A DNA stretch of 64,000 nt from NCBI GenBank assembly GCA_051294375.1, contig CM119263.1:19342656-19406655 (forward strand). The letters are read 5' to 3'. This stretch comes from Paraspadella gotoi. Its lineage: Eukaryota; Animalia; Chaetognatha. The translations under genes were made by a program, and so were the position numbers. The notes under the pieces were generated by a model that saw nothing but the letters and a program-made list of their open reading frames with translations, did not search any database and was not told the DNA's origin. This document shows, in pieces, positions 26,433-41,400 of the stretch (positions are counted from its first letter, which is position 1; each line of letters starts with the position of its first letter).

Positions 26433-29400
26433 ATGACCTCAGTGACGAGCGCCTCGTCCCGAGCCTCCGGGGGCGGGCGTGGGGGGACCAGTCAGACCAA
26501 GGGTAAGGTTTCGGAATTTTGAAATCCAAATTTATTGCATGTACATTTCATGTTGTATGAAAGAATGTTTTTCTTATTTTTAAAGGGGAAAATCACAGAA
26601 CGAACAACGCTGGTCAACATGCTAAAACCTCCCACCCCCATCATTCAGATGCTTTACACAGTTCACAAAAAGGAGTGACAAATATTCCACAGGCGAGTTG
26701 ATTATTACTTATTGTGGTTAATTAACTGTTATTGAGTAATAGTATGAATTTGTTAAAATCTTTAATTATTTTTATTACTTTGGCCAAAGTGAAGTGATAA
26801 ATATAAACCCTGCGTAGGCCAATAAAATCAATCCTCTATATAAAATCTTTTCTCCGCAAAATCTGCATGACATATACATTAGGGTGGAGCGATGAAAAGA
26901 TTGAGTGATTGAACATTATTTTTTTGCTGCTTATAGACATGTAATGGATCTCCCAGAAATATCAAACATTTTTGAAAGTTCTTGATTCTTGCAAAGTTTC
27001 TCATTCCAAATTAGGTTGAAAAAAAAATATCACCATTAAATTTTTTTTCAAATGCTCATTATGGACTTTCCCGCCACTTTTTGCGCAAACCACTTCCGGT
27101 TGAAAAAAGATATGGATTTTTAAAAGAAGCAAGCAGTTAGTTAATCAAATTACAGTTTCTATAATTTGCTTAAAATTACATTTTGTATGTCAAAGGATAA
27201 CAATTAGAAAAGGCTTTATATTATAAAATGCTCTGTTTTGACAAAACTAGGGGTAAAATTTTATTTTTATCATTCAACTATGTATTAAATAAATAATTTT
27301 AGCTAACATCGTTTTATACCTAAAAACAAAGTTATTTTTTAACCGGAAGTGGTACGCCACATAGTGGCGTGGAAAGTCTATAAATCTCTACCTGAGAAAT
27401 TTTTCATTGTGATATTGGTTTTTTCATTAAAATTGGAATGAGAAACTTTGCAAGAACCAACAACTTTTCTAAAGTGGGATATTTTTGGGAGCCCTAACAT
27501 GTAATTAATAAATTTTAAATCCTTTTAAAAATCTTTTTAGCATAACAGTAAAATTCAATTATTTTGTAGTAATTTCCTTATAAAATCGTTAAATTTCAAA
27601 ATAATTTTTATAAAATATGTTATATGATATTTTAATGTTTGGATCACAAAAAAATGACTAAAACGTTTTAAACATATATAAGTTTTTACTACAGAGAATA
27701 AAAAAGTCATGAATTTAAAATTTTTTTTCTAGTTTTAAACGCTGAAGATGAATTTTTGATAACATATTTATTTATATTTTTGATTCAAGTTTTTATGAAG
27801 AATCTGAATTTTAATAAAAGTTAAAAAAAAAAAAATTTAAATTTACTATTTTATAAGAATATTACTACAAATAATTTAGAGGAAACAAAGTGTTTTTGAA
27901 TTTGTTACGATTTATTTTTAATAAAGGGACATGTTTCGACTCTTTGGGTTCGAGTCTTCATCAGCATTTGAAATTCACAAACTTTTCAGTTGTTTTCATT
28001 GACTTTGGAGAGAAAGAAGGAGAGAGAGAGAGAGCTTCCAACAAAGGCTTATCAGGTCAGAGAGATATTCGAGTGGCGCTTGGTATATTTCCAGAGGATC
28101 CTTACCAGATCCCAACCTCTCCACTCCACCACAATATCCTCTCAACCCATTACAAGCCAATGACCCGAGCTCATTGTTAACGCCCTTCATTTGCCATGCC
28201 AGGGGGGGCCAGCTCATTTTGAGCTCTTTCTCACCTTATTTTTCCCTTACCTTTATCTTATCTATCCCTCATAACTTATTTTCCATTTCAAATTTCAATT
28301 CTTCAATTTTTCATTATTCCAAATTTCCAACTTTTCACAAACAATTATTTATTAATCTTTGTTATTTATTTAGTTTTTTCTTTTTCACTGTTGTACATTA
28401 CCAAATGTATTAATTTTTTATCTCTCTCTCTCTCTCTTTCTCTCTCTCATTTTTCACCAATTTCACATTTACTTACTCTCCTTCCCTTCCCTCACTTTCA
28501 CCTGTCCTCACATCTGTCCTTTACTCAATTCTTTGTTGGAAGCTCTCTCTCTCTTTCTCCTCCTCTCTTTCTCTCCCAAAGTCAATGAAAACAACTGAAA
28601 AGTTTGTGAATTTCAAATGCTGATGAAGACTCGAACGCCATTATTAAAAATAAATCGTTGTAACAAATTCAAAAACACTTTGTTTCCTCTAAATACAATA
28701 ACAACGAAAAAGAAAGGATTATCACATACAAATATATTATATTTTACTATTCTGTTCCCGAGATAATATGAACAAAATATTTTTTGTACTAGTTAATCAT
28801 AATATTTCGCGTCTAAATATCCTTGTTCGATCATTCAAATAATTTTTTTGTTGAGTGCTCCACTCTAATATACATATGGGAAAAATTCAAGTTATGACAA
28901 GTAGGGGCAAGCGGGCTTTTTTATGAAATGAAGAATAAACTTTTTTATCAAACTTAATGAGGCATATTTCGTTTAATACTTAATTGTTGTAAAGTAAAAA
29001 TTCTGCTCTTTATAACATAAACTATCCAGCTAAAATGTTACGATTTAGTGAAAAAAATTCAAGTATTTTTCTATTGTATGAAAAAATTTTATAACCCGAT
29101 TGCTCTTTGTTTCGAATATATTACAAGTTTTTTTAGTATCATTCCACATTGAAGTTCCTTTAGTCACTTGGAAGTCACTTCGGTGCAACACATTAGAAGG
29201 ACCGTTCTTGTTTTCCTCTAACGTTAACGAGTATGAAATAAATACCTCTTAATAATTTTACCTACAAAGTTTTTGCCATCATTCATAATCTGATGCTATT
29301 TTTTTTTAAAAATATCTTCGCTTATAAATGTTTATTTGGCTTTTTAAAAATATATAAATCGTAGCAATTCAAATGTAACTGCTGTCGTAATTTTTCGAAC

Positions 29401-32400
29401 CTAATTTTTTAAACATCGATCCTAGTATGTTATTCTGGATTTACTCGATTTACTGTTTCGATGTCGGAAGTGGTTTGTAGTTACATATGGCTGTTCCGTT
29501 CATCACAGTTCATTTGGCTGTCACTTAATATCCCAGCTTCTAGATATGGAACGATTCTTGCTGAGGTGACCACCGGTTGTAAGCTTCGCGGCCGAACCAC
29601 TGGGCAGTCTGGGCGCACTAAGTGTGTTGGCTGTCCAGTGTCCACACTGTCAGAGGGGCATGACGACCTCTGTCCTCGTTAAGAACAGCTTTGATTCTGG
29701 TTTTCTCATGGTTCGTCGGCCTGTCATGCAGTCGAAAGTCCAAGTCCAAAAATAATCTGATGTTGCATTGTTTTATTTTATCTGCTCCCCGGTTTTTCAT
29801 TTTTGCTTTTTAATTTTTTTTTATTTCTTTCCATCTTTTATTTATTTTTTCATTATTGCTGTCGGTGATTGCTACAATACTTAAATTTTACAGGGTTCGG
29901 ACTTAAAACTTACCCCCCATAGGAAAAATTACTAATTCCCTCGATAATTTGTACTTAATGTTTAGCTTCCAAAGATAAGCAGACGATATGAAAAAGTTTT
30001 ATATTCTTGGTACCACTGTGTATTCAATAATGGGTCGAGTTTGATGTAATTCCGGTTACAAGTACTGTTGCAGTATACATTTAATTCGCCCAATACTGAA
30101 ATATCCAAACATGATTTACTGGCATAATACTATTATATGGGCACTGATAATGCCATAACGGCCGAAAATTTGGCTTTAGTTTTCTCCCTCCAGGATGGTG
30201 GTAGAAGAGAAAATTTCTTTGACTGTTATCGACGAAGGACTCGGGGGGACGCGGTAACAGCACTTTGCTCTAGTTTTTTTTAACAAAATAAAACAAGGAT
30301 CTTTATATTATGCCACTCATGTATGATCATGAAAAACCAATAGTTAAATACAACTGCTGAAAACACCATTCTTTGAAATATTTATTCACTTCGATTGACA
30401 TAGGGAAGCCAGGATTCTTCGGGGACGGCTGAAGATAAACGAGACTGATGAGAGAGTCTTAATTGAGGATGGATGCTTGCAGGGACCTGCTTTATTGTCA
30501 GTATCTTGTAAGAGCGTGTTATGGAGGCGCTAAACGCACCCAAAGCTCGTCCAATAGTCAGCGGGCGGCCAAGATTCAGGGGCTCATGATTACTAGAGGG
30601 ATTGTAGGGTAGCGATATAGGGTATTATTGGTTGGTGGGTGTGTACGCTGCCTGAATATTTCTATTTGTAGTAATATAAATCTTATGGGGTAGAATGTTC
30701 AAGCCGATTATCAAGCATCTAGACTCAGATGGAGTTGTTAATGATAGTATCGTTCGTCACGAGATCAGTTAGGGTTGAGTGAATATAAATCTGACAATCT
30801 CGATGTTGAGTCGCCCCCGGCCCGTTTTGAACAATCTAAAAAGTGCTCATCAATATTAATAAAAAAAAAATAATTCGATATTTTCATGATAGAGAAGTGT
30901 ACCATGATGATCGTTTTGCTTTTTATTGATCATTTCATATTCTTAATTTCGCTGAACGAGCATTAAGGCACTTTTAAAAAGAATATTAAATTTACGATAA
31001 TTTTATATTTAGCCAAAAACAGTACACCTAATTATTCTATAATAGAAATAAAAAAAAATATTAAGTCTGGTCAATTTCTTTTTAATATCAAAATTATAAA
31101 ACTAACTACTAAATGATTTCTTTAAGAACCTAATTTGTCGGTTAATGAATTTTCTCATATTTTTTCATATATATTCATTTTATCATTTAAACGTTTCAAA
31201 GAAACTCAGAAGGCATCTATGATAATCAGCAAACGAAAAAAAAAGTGTGTTTTGCCAAAAAAGGGAGTTTTTTCCGGAAATTTAGGCCATTTGGATCACT
31301 GTGGCAGGGGGTAAGATTCAAGTCTGGACTCTGTCGAGACATATCACTTTAAGATGTACCCTTCATAAAACTCATTTATGATTTTTTTTTAAATAGTTTT
31401 ACTGCGCGTATAAATCTTAAAGAGAAACTCGGCCATTTAATGCAGACGTTTTCCTCTATATCTCGGAAACAATTGTAGGAATTTAAAAACAGTGAATATT
31501 GACATCGTCCTCTCTAAAAATACTTAGAATAAACTTATATCAGCTCTCGAACGAGGTATTTTAAAACTATTGAGTTGTTTTTTTTTTTTTGCCGCAAAAT
31601 TTTATATTAACATATATAAAATATATTTTTATATTTATATATAACATATGCTTAAAAATCATCATATGCTTTGTATTTCTTAACCGTTTTGAACTTTTTA
31701 TTATGCATTCAGAAATCTTACATGATAATTTAATTATTGCACATATCGTTAATAAATTTTTTGATAAAAGTAATTTTTAATAAAACATTAAACCATAACA
31801 GTAATTTGCCCGCGTATTACCAGCTTACTTCAAAATTTTTTATACCAAAATGCGATGTACACCTTGCCAGAATAAATAATAATAATAAGTAAAAATATAT
31901 TTTAGGATTTTATTTCTATTTAAATTATTTTGATTAAAATTATTTATTAAGCTTTATTTTCATGTTAAAATATTTTTAACTATTTCATTTTCTTCAAGTT
32001 TTCAAGAGTTTTCAGGAGATTTTTAATAAAAAAAAAAATTTAGACAAAAAGATTGAAAAAAATTTTTTTTTAAAATAAAAGAAGATTTTTAAATTTTTAT
32101 TACAGAAAAAAATTTTTAGATTAAAAAAATCTTCATAAGTTTGCAAATGACGATTTTTTTTCAGCGGCGGGCTGTCGTGTGTCACCTTGTAAAGAGCCAT
32201 ATTAAATTTTTTTTGTCTATTGATAATATACTTATTACTTAAAAATATATAAATTTTTGTTTGAGCTTTTTAAGTGGGTTAAAAATTAAAAAAACAATAT
32301 TTCATATATAACTTAAATTTTTAGCTTAAAATATAGGTTTTTTATATTTGATCAACTTAAATAATAATAATTTTTAAAAAAAGAGTTATTTCTTTATATC

Positions 32401-35400
32401 AANNNNNNNNNNAACCCCGCTCATCATTACATTTAATTCGCCCCATACTGAAATATCCAAATGATTTTAGATAATATATTATACGGGGATATAATGCCCT
32501 AAGGCCAAAATTTGGAGAAATTATATTAAAAGAAATCTTACTTTATACTAGTAACATAGTATATTATGCTGTATAAATAACATAGATCGATGGTTTATGA
32601 GTCAGACCTAATCCCGGTAATTCAATTTATTCCAGCATACTGCACTTCAATTTTTTTATTTAAGAAATCCATAAACAGTATTCTCTCAATACCACCATAA
32701 AGAAACCCACTAGGTTGCTCATTGTAACTTTTTCAGGAGTGCAGGAGTTGATTTTTTATTATTTGGGCGCGGAGCAAACATGACTCCTGGTTTTTGGTTG
32801 TTTCCCATACTAATATTTTCGACCTAGCAAAACTAAATACAATTCAAAATATATAAAAATCCTTAACGATTCTTCTGCGTGCGTGGGGGAGGATCAATTC
32901 GGGGCACAGTGATCCAAAAAAAATAAAACTGGATAAAAGCCATTTGAACATACGGGCATTAATACATATTCAGTCTTTTCATAGTTTCAAAATTTATTTT
33001 TTCTCACGTTATAAGCAAATCTCTATTTTGGGTGAGTCTTTGACAGGTTTGTTTCTCCCTCATGGGTAGAAGAGAAAATTTATTTGATTTTGTTATGGTA
33101 ACAGCACTTTGTCTAGTTTTTTAACAAATAAAAAAAGATTTTTATATTATGCCGCTATGTATGATATGAAAAACATAGTAAAAACTTATAGAATTTCAGC
33201 CGATTTCAATCAACCAGATTTAGTTCTTAATGATATATCTTCTCACTAATCGGTTATGAATTAAATCTCATCCGCATTTGTCCGTCCTTTTGAAAAATCT
33301 AAAAATGTTTTAATTCAAAAAATAATAAAAAAGAATTCAATATTTTTCAGAAATTACTATATGATTCTTTTCTTTTATTGATATTTCGATCTTAATGTTG
33401 CTTAGCGCACTTTTAAAAAGATATAACAATAATAATTTATATTTAGCAAACAATACACAGATTAATTGAAGATTATTATAATCGAGTGAAATATAAAAAA
33501 ATATTGAAAGTCTGGTACATTTCATTTTTACAATGAGATGTAAAAGACTTACGATATGATCGTAGCAGAGTGCACAGGCAGCATATAATGATTTCTGTAT
33601 AAGAAGAGCAGATAGCTGATATTAAGAAGATTCGATTGATCATAAATTGTGATATGATCCAGTGATACAGTTATGAAGATGTTCAAAGAAATTCGCTGTG
33701 ATATGATTAATATAGCAGTTGTATAGACAAAAAAGTGTATCTATAGGGAATGAATAATGAATAGGGCAGTTTACTGGGAAAATTCGATCGTGACACGGAA
33801 CCATAGTAATGTAGAGTGAGTAGTAATGGACTAGGAGAAGCGTATGAGTTAGTGAATGTGTGAGGGAGGAGATAGAAGATCAAGTCTGGACTCTGTCGAG
33901 ACATATCACTTTAAGATGTACCTTTCATAAAACTCATTTTGATTTTTTTAATATATAGTTTAGGTTGTTTATCAGAGAAACTCGGCCATTTAATGCAGAC
34001 GTTTTCCTCTATATCTCGGAAACAATTGTAGAATTTAAAAACAGTGAATATTGACATCGTCCTCTCTAAAAATACTTAGAATAAACTTATATCAGCTCTC
34101 GAACGAGGTATTTACTAAACTATGATTGTTTTTCCGCAAAATTTTATATAAATATATAAAATATATTTTTATATATAAAATATGCTTAAAAATCATCATA
34201 TGCTTTGTATTTCTTACCGTTTTGAACTTTTTATTATGCATTCAGAATCTTACATGATTAATTTAATTATCTGACAATATCGTTAATAAATTTTTGATAA
34301 AGTAATTTTTAATAAACATTAAACCATAACAGTAATTTGCCCGCGTATTACCAGCTTACTTCAAAATTTTTTATACCAAAATGCTATGTACACCTTGCCA
34401 GAATAAATAATAATAATAAGTAAATATATTTTAGGATTTTATTTCTATTTAAATTATTTTGATTAAATTATTTATGTAAGCTTATTTTCATGTTAAAATA
34501 TTTTTAACTATTTCATTTTCTTTCAAGTTTTCAAGAGTTTCAGGAGAAAAAAAAAATTGAAAAAAATTTTTTTTTTTAAAATAAAAGAAGATTTTTAAAT
34601 TTTCATTACAGAAAAATTTTCAGATTAAAAAAATCTTCATAAGTTTGCAAATACGATTTTTTTTCAGCGGCGGGCTGTCGTGTGTCACCTTGTAAAGAGC
34701 CATATTAAATTTTTTGGTCTATTGATATATACTTATTACTTAAAATATATAATTTTTGTTTGAGCTTTTTAAGTGGGTTAAAAATTAAAAAACAATATTT
34801 CATATATAACTTAAATTTTTAGCTTAAAATATAGGTTTTTAATATTTGATCAACTTAAATAATAATAATTTTTAAAAAAAGCGAGTTCATTTCTCTTATA
34901 TCAACTTTTCATGACGAATCCAAATCTACAAAATAAACTTACAAAAAGCTATTTAGAAATTTTAACATTTATTGAATTAGTACTAGTATAAATATGGCCT
35001 ACTGTGTAAATTGTAAAATTTATTTTAAATTTTTTTTATACAAAAATGTTCAATTAGTATAATGTTGATCGTTCCTCACTTTTAGAATTTTTACTACGCT
35101 TTAGTGGTATATCTCTTCTTTCTTTTATTTAATAAACTATTATTCTCTGTGGGTTTGTGTTTTTGCTCATCGAGTTTTTTTTGGCCCGACTTATCGTTTC
35201 GGCTTGGCTTTTTCCTCCGACCCCTCTTGTGCGGTCGCTCCTCCTTTTTGTTGACAATCCTCGTCAATGGCACGGCGGTAAAAATTTTCTAAGCGTACTG
35301 AAGCGTTGATGAGGAATACAGTGACGGGCCTATGCTTGTTCTTCAGCTTGACCCAAAAAAAAGTGCTACTAAAAAGAAATTGATTTTCAAGGATGAATTT

Positions 35401-38400
35401 TTAAAATTTGTCCCTAGAATAGCATGTATTGTGGGAAAGCCGTTTTATACGGGCATCTAAATTGGAAGGATGGGAATTTTTCTTTGTTCAAACTAAGTAG
35501 CGAAATCAATGATGGAAATGATTGCATCGGTCTCCGCTCTCTTCGTCATCGATTTTTCCTCGCTTTCCCATTGCGCGCCGATTTTCCTTCATTTCCTTCT
35601 CCGTCTCGTTGCCGCCGAAGGTGCTGGTTCCGCCGCCGCCGGCGCAGCAATTCCGCCGTCCCGCGGTTCCCTGTCGTCATTACCGTCCCCGCAGCTGCTC
35701 TACGGCTACTGTCTCAGCGGTCTCTCTGAGAGGAATCCTTTGTCCGCGCTTTTTCTCATCATTTTCATTTTTGCCGTCGTAGAATCAACGTCGTTTCTGC
35801 CTCCTTTTTTTTCGGTTTCGGATTACAATCACCATGCGAATAACTGGATTGAAAATGTTTAGGTATTGTAATGTTAGCTTAAAATTTCATTTCCCAAACA
35901 ATATCAACGCTTTTTATATCACAAAGAATGTGTATATTTGCCTTAAATTAGTTTTCAGGTTTAAGTTAAATTTTTGATAAAAATTGATGACACTTTTAGA
36001 ATTCAATCATTTCGATTTTATTAATATATTATATTTTTTTGACAAAAAATTGAGTTTTAGCAGTCAAGATAACAAACTCTTTATTTTTTCTGAATTTCAT
36101 CCATCATCCTGATCTCTTGGGTTGGCCTTGAACTTCTTTCACTCTATCGGTTTTCCAAGCCAAATAAACATTTCGATTGTGATAAATAATGCTTCCTGAA
36201 CTTTCATCAATAAGCGGCGATTTTATGAAGCTTGTATTTGAAAATTTAAATATTTCTTTTAAATTTTCATCAACTTTTCAGAGAACTTTTTTTTTCAATT
36301 TGCAAAATACTTTTTTAAAACAAGACCTTTTATTCTAGAAACCTAACAAATTATAATTTGTTACACTTTTACCTACTTGTTTTAAATTTTTTTTCTTTAT
36401 ATGTAAATTCTTTTTCAGGCTTAAAACGGCCACAAGTTAATAAAAAATTATCTTTGCCCCCTTTAACTTAATTTTTAATTCATATTAGACATGATATTCT
36501 TTTTTAAAATATCTTGGTTCTTTTTTCCAACTCATTTATTTTTACTGTTCAAATCTATTCCGAGAAAATCTTTTCTATTCTCACGAATTTTTTTATTATT
36601 ATTATTTTTATTAGTAATTTTTTACAATTCCTAATATCTGCTGCTTTAGTATTATTTTAAACCACTCATCAGTGACAAAATAATTAGTAATTTAGAATAT
36701 GGTATTCCCTTCTTCTTTTCAGTTACGTACCTTTATCTTCCTTAATCCTCATTCCGTGAGTCATTTCTATTCCACAGGGTTAATGGGGGTCGGAAAACTC
36801 ACGTTATTCTGTTCATTCGCTCAATTTTTAGAACGTAGTTCACACCCTTAATTTGCATAAAATTCATATTCGACCGAAACCGCGCGATCTCCGAAGATAA
36901 GATGCCATCTGCCATACCTTTTTGACACTTCCTTTCCTAATAAACGTGCTGCTATTTTATATAGCGGTTTTTATAAAATGATATTGAATACTCTATATAC
37001 AAATGTTTATTTACGTATTTGGGCAAATATGAGTAATTGAGTATATGCAATGTGAGAGTCACATTTGGTAAAGAAACAAGTTTTTAAAACAAAAGTGATG
37101 TATTTTTATTGTATTAAAAATATAATTTTTAATATACATTTGTAAAATAACAAGTTTATAATTTTGTTATGATATATTTATGAATAATATATATTTTTAG
37201 GTAACGTCTTATTTTTATTTAACAGGCTACAACTGAGCAAATTCGAATTGCTCAGCTTATCAACAACAACAAAGATGAACCGGAATTGCAGGCTAAATGC
37301 CAACAGATCATGGATTTCACTGGGCGTGACCTAGAGGTAATCATCCAATACATCTGAATCCGAATAATCCGCTGTGAACCTTGTTCATTTTACTCAGTAA
37401 TATACGTAAATGTATTATTTAACATGACTTTAACATCTCTTTTAATTGCTGTTCAATTTTTTTTCTCTTTCAAATGAATTTCATTTTGGGATGATTTTAA
37501 TTAATATTTATTTTTTTGACTCAGTTTTTTTTCTTTTCCTTTTTTCTTTTCGTCTTTCTTATTTTCATCTCGATTTTTTTTTTGCTCTACTTTTTCTCTT
37601 TGTTTTGAATGAGCGTCTTTATTGCTTTGTGATCCAGTGTAGCGACTGGACAATGGCCAAGGAGTCGGACTGTCGTTAACCCACATTTTTTCTTTTCCTT
37701 TTTACGCCCACCAAACCTATTTGAATAACGTTTTAACACATATACAATAAAACATTTTTTTTTTACTTAAACACTAAAAAAAAGGATATTGTGGTGGCCC
37801 TTCACGACGCCAACGGTGATACGGAACGCGCCATCACTTATCTCTTGGAACAAGGCGACACCATCGAAACGGAATGGAAAACCTCGGGTCCGAAAAAGAA
37901 GCCCAAAAACAAAGGAGCAGGTGAGCGGATATCCGCACCCCCATTGTACTTATTTCCGTGTCGAGTATTGGTTATGGTTCAATTGACCTGATCCTATTTT
38001 ATATAATCAGACATAATCACCGCTTCTCCGGACAATCTATCCGGCGACGATGGTGGAGGATCGATCAGCAGTTTGATGCCATCGGCCATCGACGCCAATC
38101 ACGGGTCCACCGACAGCGGTGGCGGCGGAAGCGGCATCGGTAACGGTCCGACTAGTAGACGCGGTGGGAGACGCGGGGATCGTGACGGTGCTCGTCGCGG
38201 TCGCGGAGAAGGCCGCCCAGAAGGGCGCGACGGCCGAAGCGAAGGTCGCGGCGACGGAAGCCAAGGGCCTCGAACCGGAGGCGGCGGAGCCTCTGCTCCC
38301 GAGGACGAGCCTCATGACGGTCGCTCCAAGGAGGATGGAAGGGAGAGAAGAGATCGGTCAGATGGTTAGTTTTCAATTTTGCCGTTTTGCATTATTTATA

Positions 38401-41400
38401 TACTAAAAAGTAATTTTGAAAATAAAATAATCTTTAGGCTTCTCCCGCGGTCGTGGTGGCGCTAACGCGAACGGGCCTCCGCGTTTCCGTCGCGCCGCAG
38501 CCGCAGCTAATCAGCGTAAGGACGGGGATGCTGTCGGGTTTCCCGCGGAAGCGAACGGCGATGCGGAACCGGCGCCCAGACGCGACATGGGTTCGCGGCG
38601 TGGCCGGGGGCGAGGAGCCAGAGGCAGGGATGTCGGAGGTCCGAGAGACGGAAAGACGTTCACTAACCGAACTTTCGCCGGCGGGCGAGATAGGGGAAGA
38701 GGTAGGTTTTTCTTTTCTTTAGCGCCATGGTAAATTATTTTCGGGGCTGGCTATTTCGGGGAAATCAATTAGTCCTATTTCCTTTACCCTAGAGACCCGA
38801 AAGAGTTTTTTTTTCTCTTTTGGACTTTGTTTTTACCTTGTCTTTCCGAGTTTAAAATTCCATAGTTTTTGTCTGATCGATCCTTTATCTCCAATCAGCG
38901 ATTCGCTGAAATTTTCACTGCGCTAACGCCATTGTTTTCAGCTTCTGGTGATATGTCCATCGACACTTGGACGCCCGCAATTCCCTCCGGAGCCACCAAT
39001 CACGACGCGGACCAGGTCGTCAAGATGGACGAATGGACCAACGACATGGCGAATGGCACCGTGGGAGCCAACCAATCGACGCAACCCGACGGTCTCAAAG
39101 GTCTTTGTTGGTTTTTGATGAACGGGAGGTGGGGGAATGGGGAATGAAAGTTTTTGCGGAGTCGATTCTGGATTGGTCGATCGAGGAAATTAAACCTCAA
39201 AACCTAATGGTAATTCAATCCCCATTTTTTTTCCTTGCCCTTTCCCAATCTAGTGATTGGTCAGTGGTCGAACAAAGACGCCATGATGGAGGTTCACCGG
39301 CCGCCGTCGTCGCATGCGCCTTCCGGATCTTCGCGAGGCCGCGCCCCCTCGGCCCCGCACGATCCGACGACCAACGCACAGACGACCAACGCGATAGGGA
39401 ATCACCGCCAATGGGCCACCGACGTTGACGAGTTCGAGGACACGTGGACCGGAAGCGTAAGTTTTATTTTTTTCTAAACTAGTGTTGTTTAAAAAAAATT
39501 TTTAAATATGGTGCGTGCGAAGGGATGGTATGCCTTTAAAGCGCAGCATTGAAAAAATGGGAACGAAGCGACGCTGATGAAGATAATGAATTTTTTCTCG
39601 CGACTTGCCCCTTAATGAGGGTTCTTCATCATCGTCAATCTTTCTCTTCGCGGTTCCTCGTTATTTATTCGCGACGAATTTCCTCTCCCGTTTTTCGCTA
39701 TATCGCCGCATGCCGCTCTCCCGAGTTCCTCGGGGAAGGTGAGGAGCTAATTGTTTCCTGAGTCAATAGCACCTTACCTTCTCTAAAGAAACGAGAGCTA
39801 GTCCTCATAACGTCAACGCCACGATCTCACGCTATGCGTACTTTTTTTCGTTTACCTCAGTCACGAAAATGAGAAAATTATCTTCGCACGAGAGACCCGA
39901 CCGCATGGAAGGAAAAAAATATTGCAACAGACGGCGATGATGAAAGAATGGGGGGAACCGATGAGTCATAGGGCTGACGCTCTCTCTTTTTTTCTCTCTC
40001 TCCCCTCCCCCCTTCCCCCCCCCTCTCTCTCCTTCCCCCGACCCCCCTCGTAAAGTTCATTTTAAACAGGACGGAGTAGGCTTCTAAAATTAAGATTTCC
40101 CCCCTCCATTTCCCTCTTTTTCCTCTCTCCCCTTCAGTTGGCCGAATCCACGGTATTCACTTCGTCAAACGCGGCCTCTTCTGACGATTCCCCACCGACG
40201 AAGAACAAAGCGCCCGGCGCTCCTCCGCTTGGCGCTTTCGGTACCGACTTTCAACACCTCAATGGCGGCGGTTCTGCCGCTGGTAGCACTGGTGGCGGCC
40301 TCTTGGACGGAGTGGTGCCGCCGACGACCGCTCCTCACGGCTCCAGCATCAGTTTGGATCAGTTGATGGGCCGGAAACCACTCTCCACGCCCTCAGCGCA
40401 AGAGACTCTATCCGGAGGGGCGCAATCGTCCTCCTCGTCCTCCTGGCATATCGGCGCGCCGTCCTCTAGTCAGTTCAACGCGCAACAAGCGTCCGAGCAG
40501 ATCAAGTCTGCCGTGGGAGTGGTCACCTCGGTCGGTAGTACCCCTACTGCTGACGGCTCTGAAACGACGCCGGTTTCCTCTACAGGAACTCCCCGTACTG
40601 GGGGCGAAGAGCCGACGTCTGAGTCGACTTCATTCGGAAGTCGTCACCAAAGTTTCGGGTCCTCGCAACGAGTGAAGGTCGCCAAGAGTCGAGTACCTCC
40701 ACCCTCAACGAAAATTCCCTCGTCAGCCGTGGAGATGCCCGGCGGAAACAAGGGCTTGGGTGGACTTGAGTTGCAGTTCGGTGCCCTGGAATTCGGCAGT
40801 TTCGGTGGCAGCGGCGGAGGTGGAGGCAGTGGCGGTGGATCTTCCTCTGCCGTCCCAGTTTCGGCTACAACCTCGTCGGCGGCGACGTCCATTGCGCCCC
40901 CGGCGTCGTCGGTGTCATCCGTCATCAATGACGATCCCGGAATCGTCGGAACCGGAGACGGACTCATTTACGGTCCCACAATCGGTTCTGTCACGTCAGT
41001 AGGTCTCGGCGACGTCGCTATGTCGTCGGCGTCGAACCCGTTGTCGCCGCCAACTGCCGGCTCGGCTTCGTCGGTGACGGCTGCGGCCGCCAAGTCGGTG
41101 CTTCAGTCGCCGCCGCAGCAGCCGCTGCAATCGGGCTTCGACGTGGCGACGTCGTTGCCCGTCGTCGCCACCGCGTCCAACGCCGCGTCTCAGTTCTCGG
41201 CTCAAGTCTACAAAGATCTCCCTAGTCAGGCCGGTGCCACCTCGCTGCTCAGCCAAGACGCGGCGTTGATCAGCGCCGTGGCGGCCTCGGCGCCGGCGCC
41301 GCCAGCCAATAATCCCTTGCCTCCGTCGGAGCAGAACCCGTTGGCGGACTCTACCTCCGTCTCGCCCTACGGGTCCTCAAACCCGACCGCCTACAACCCG

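Larger units (their letters stand above)
26876..28872. mobile_element. MITE-like element with terminal inverted repeats, carrying nested insertions
   Basis: Left ACATTAGGGTGGAGCG...GAGTGATTGAACA; right TGTTCGATCATTCA...GTGCTCCACTCTAATAT. Confidence 0.55.
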
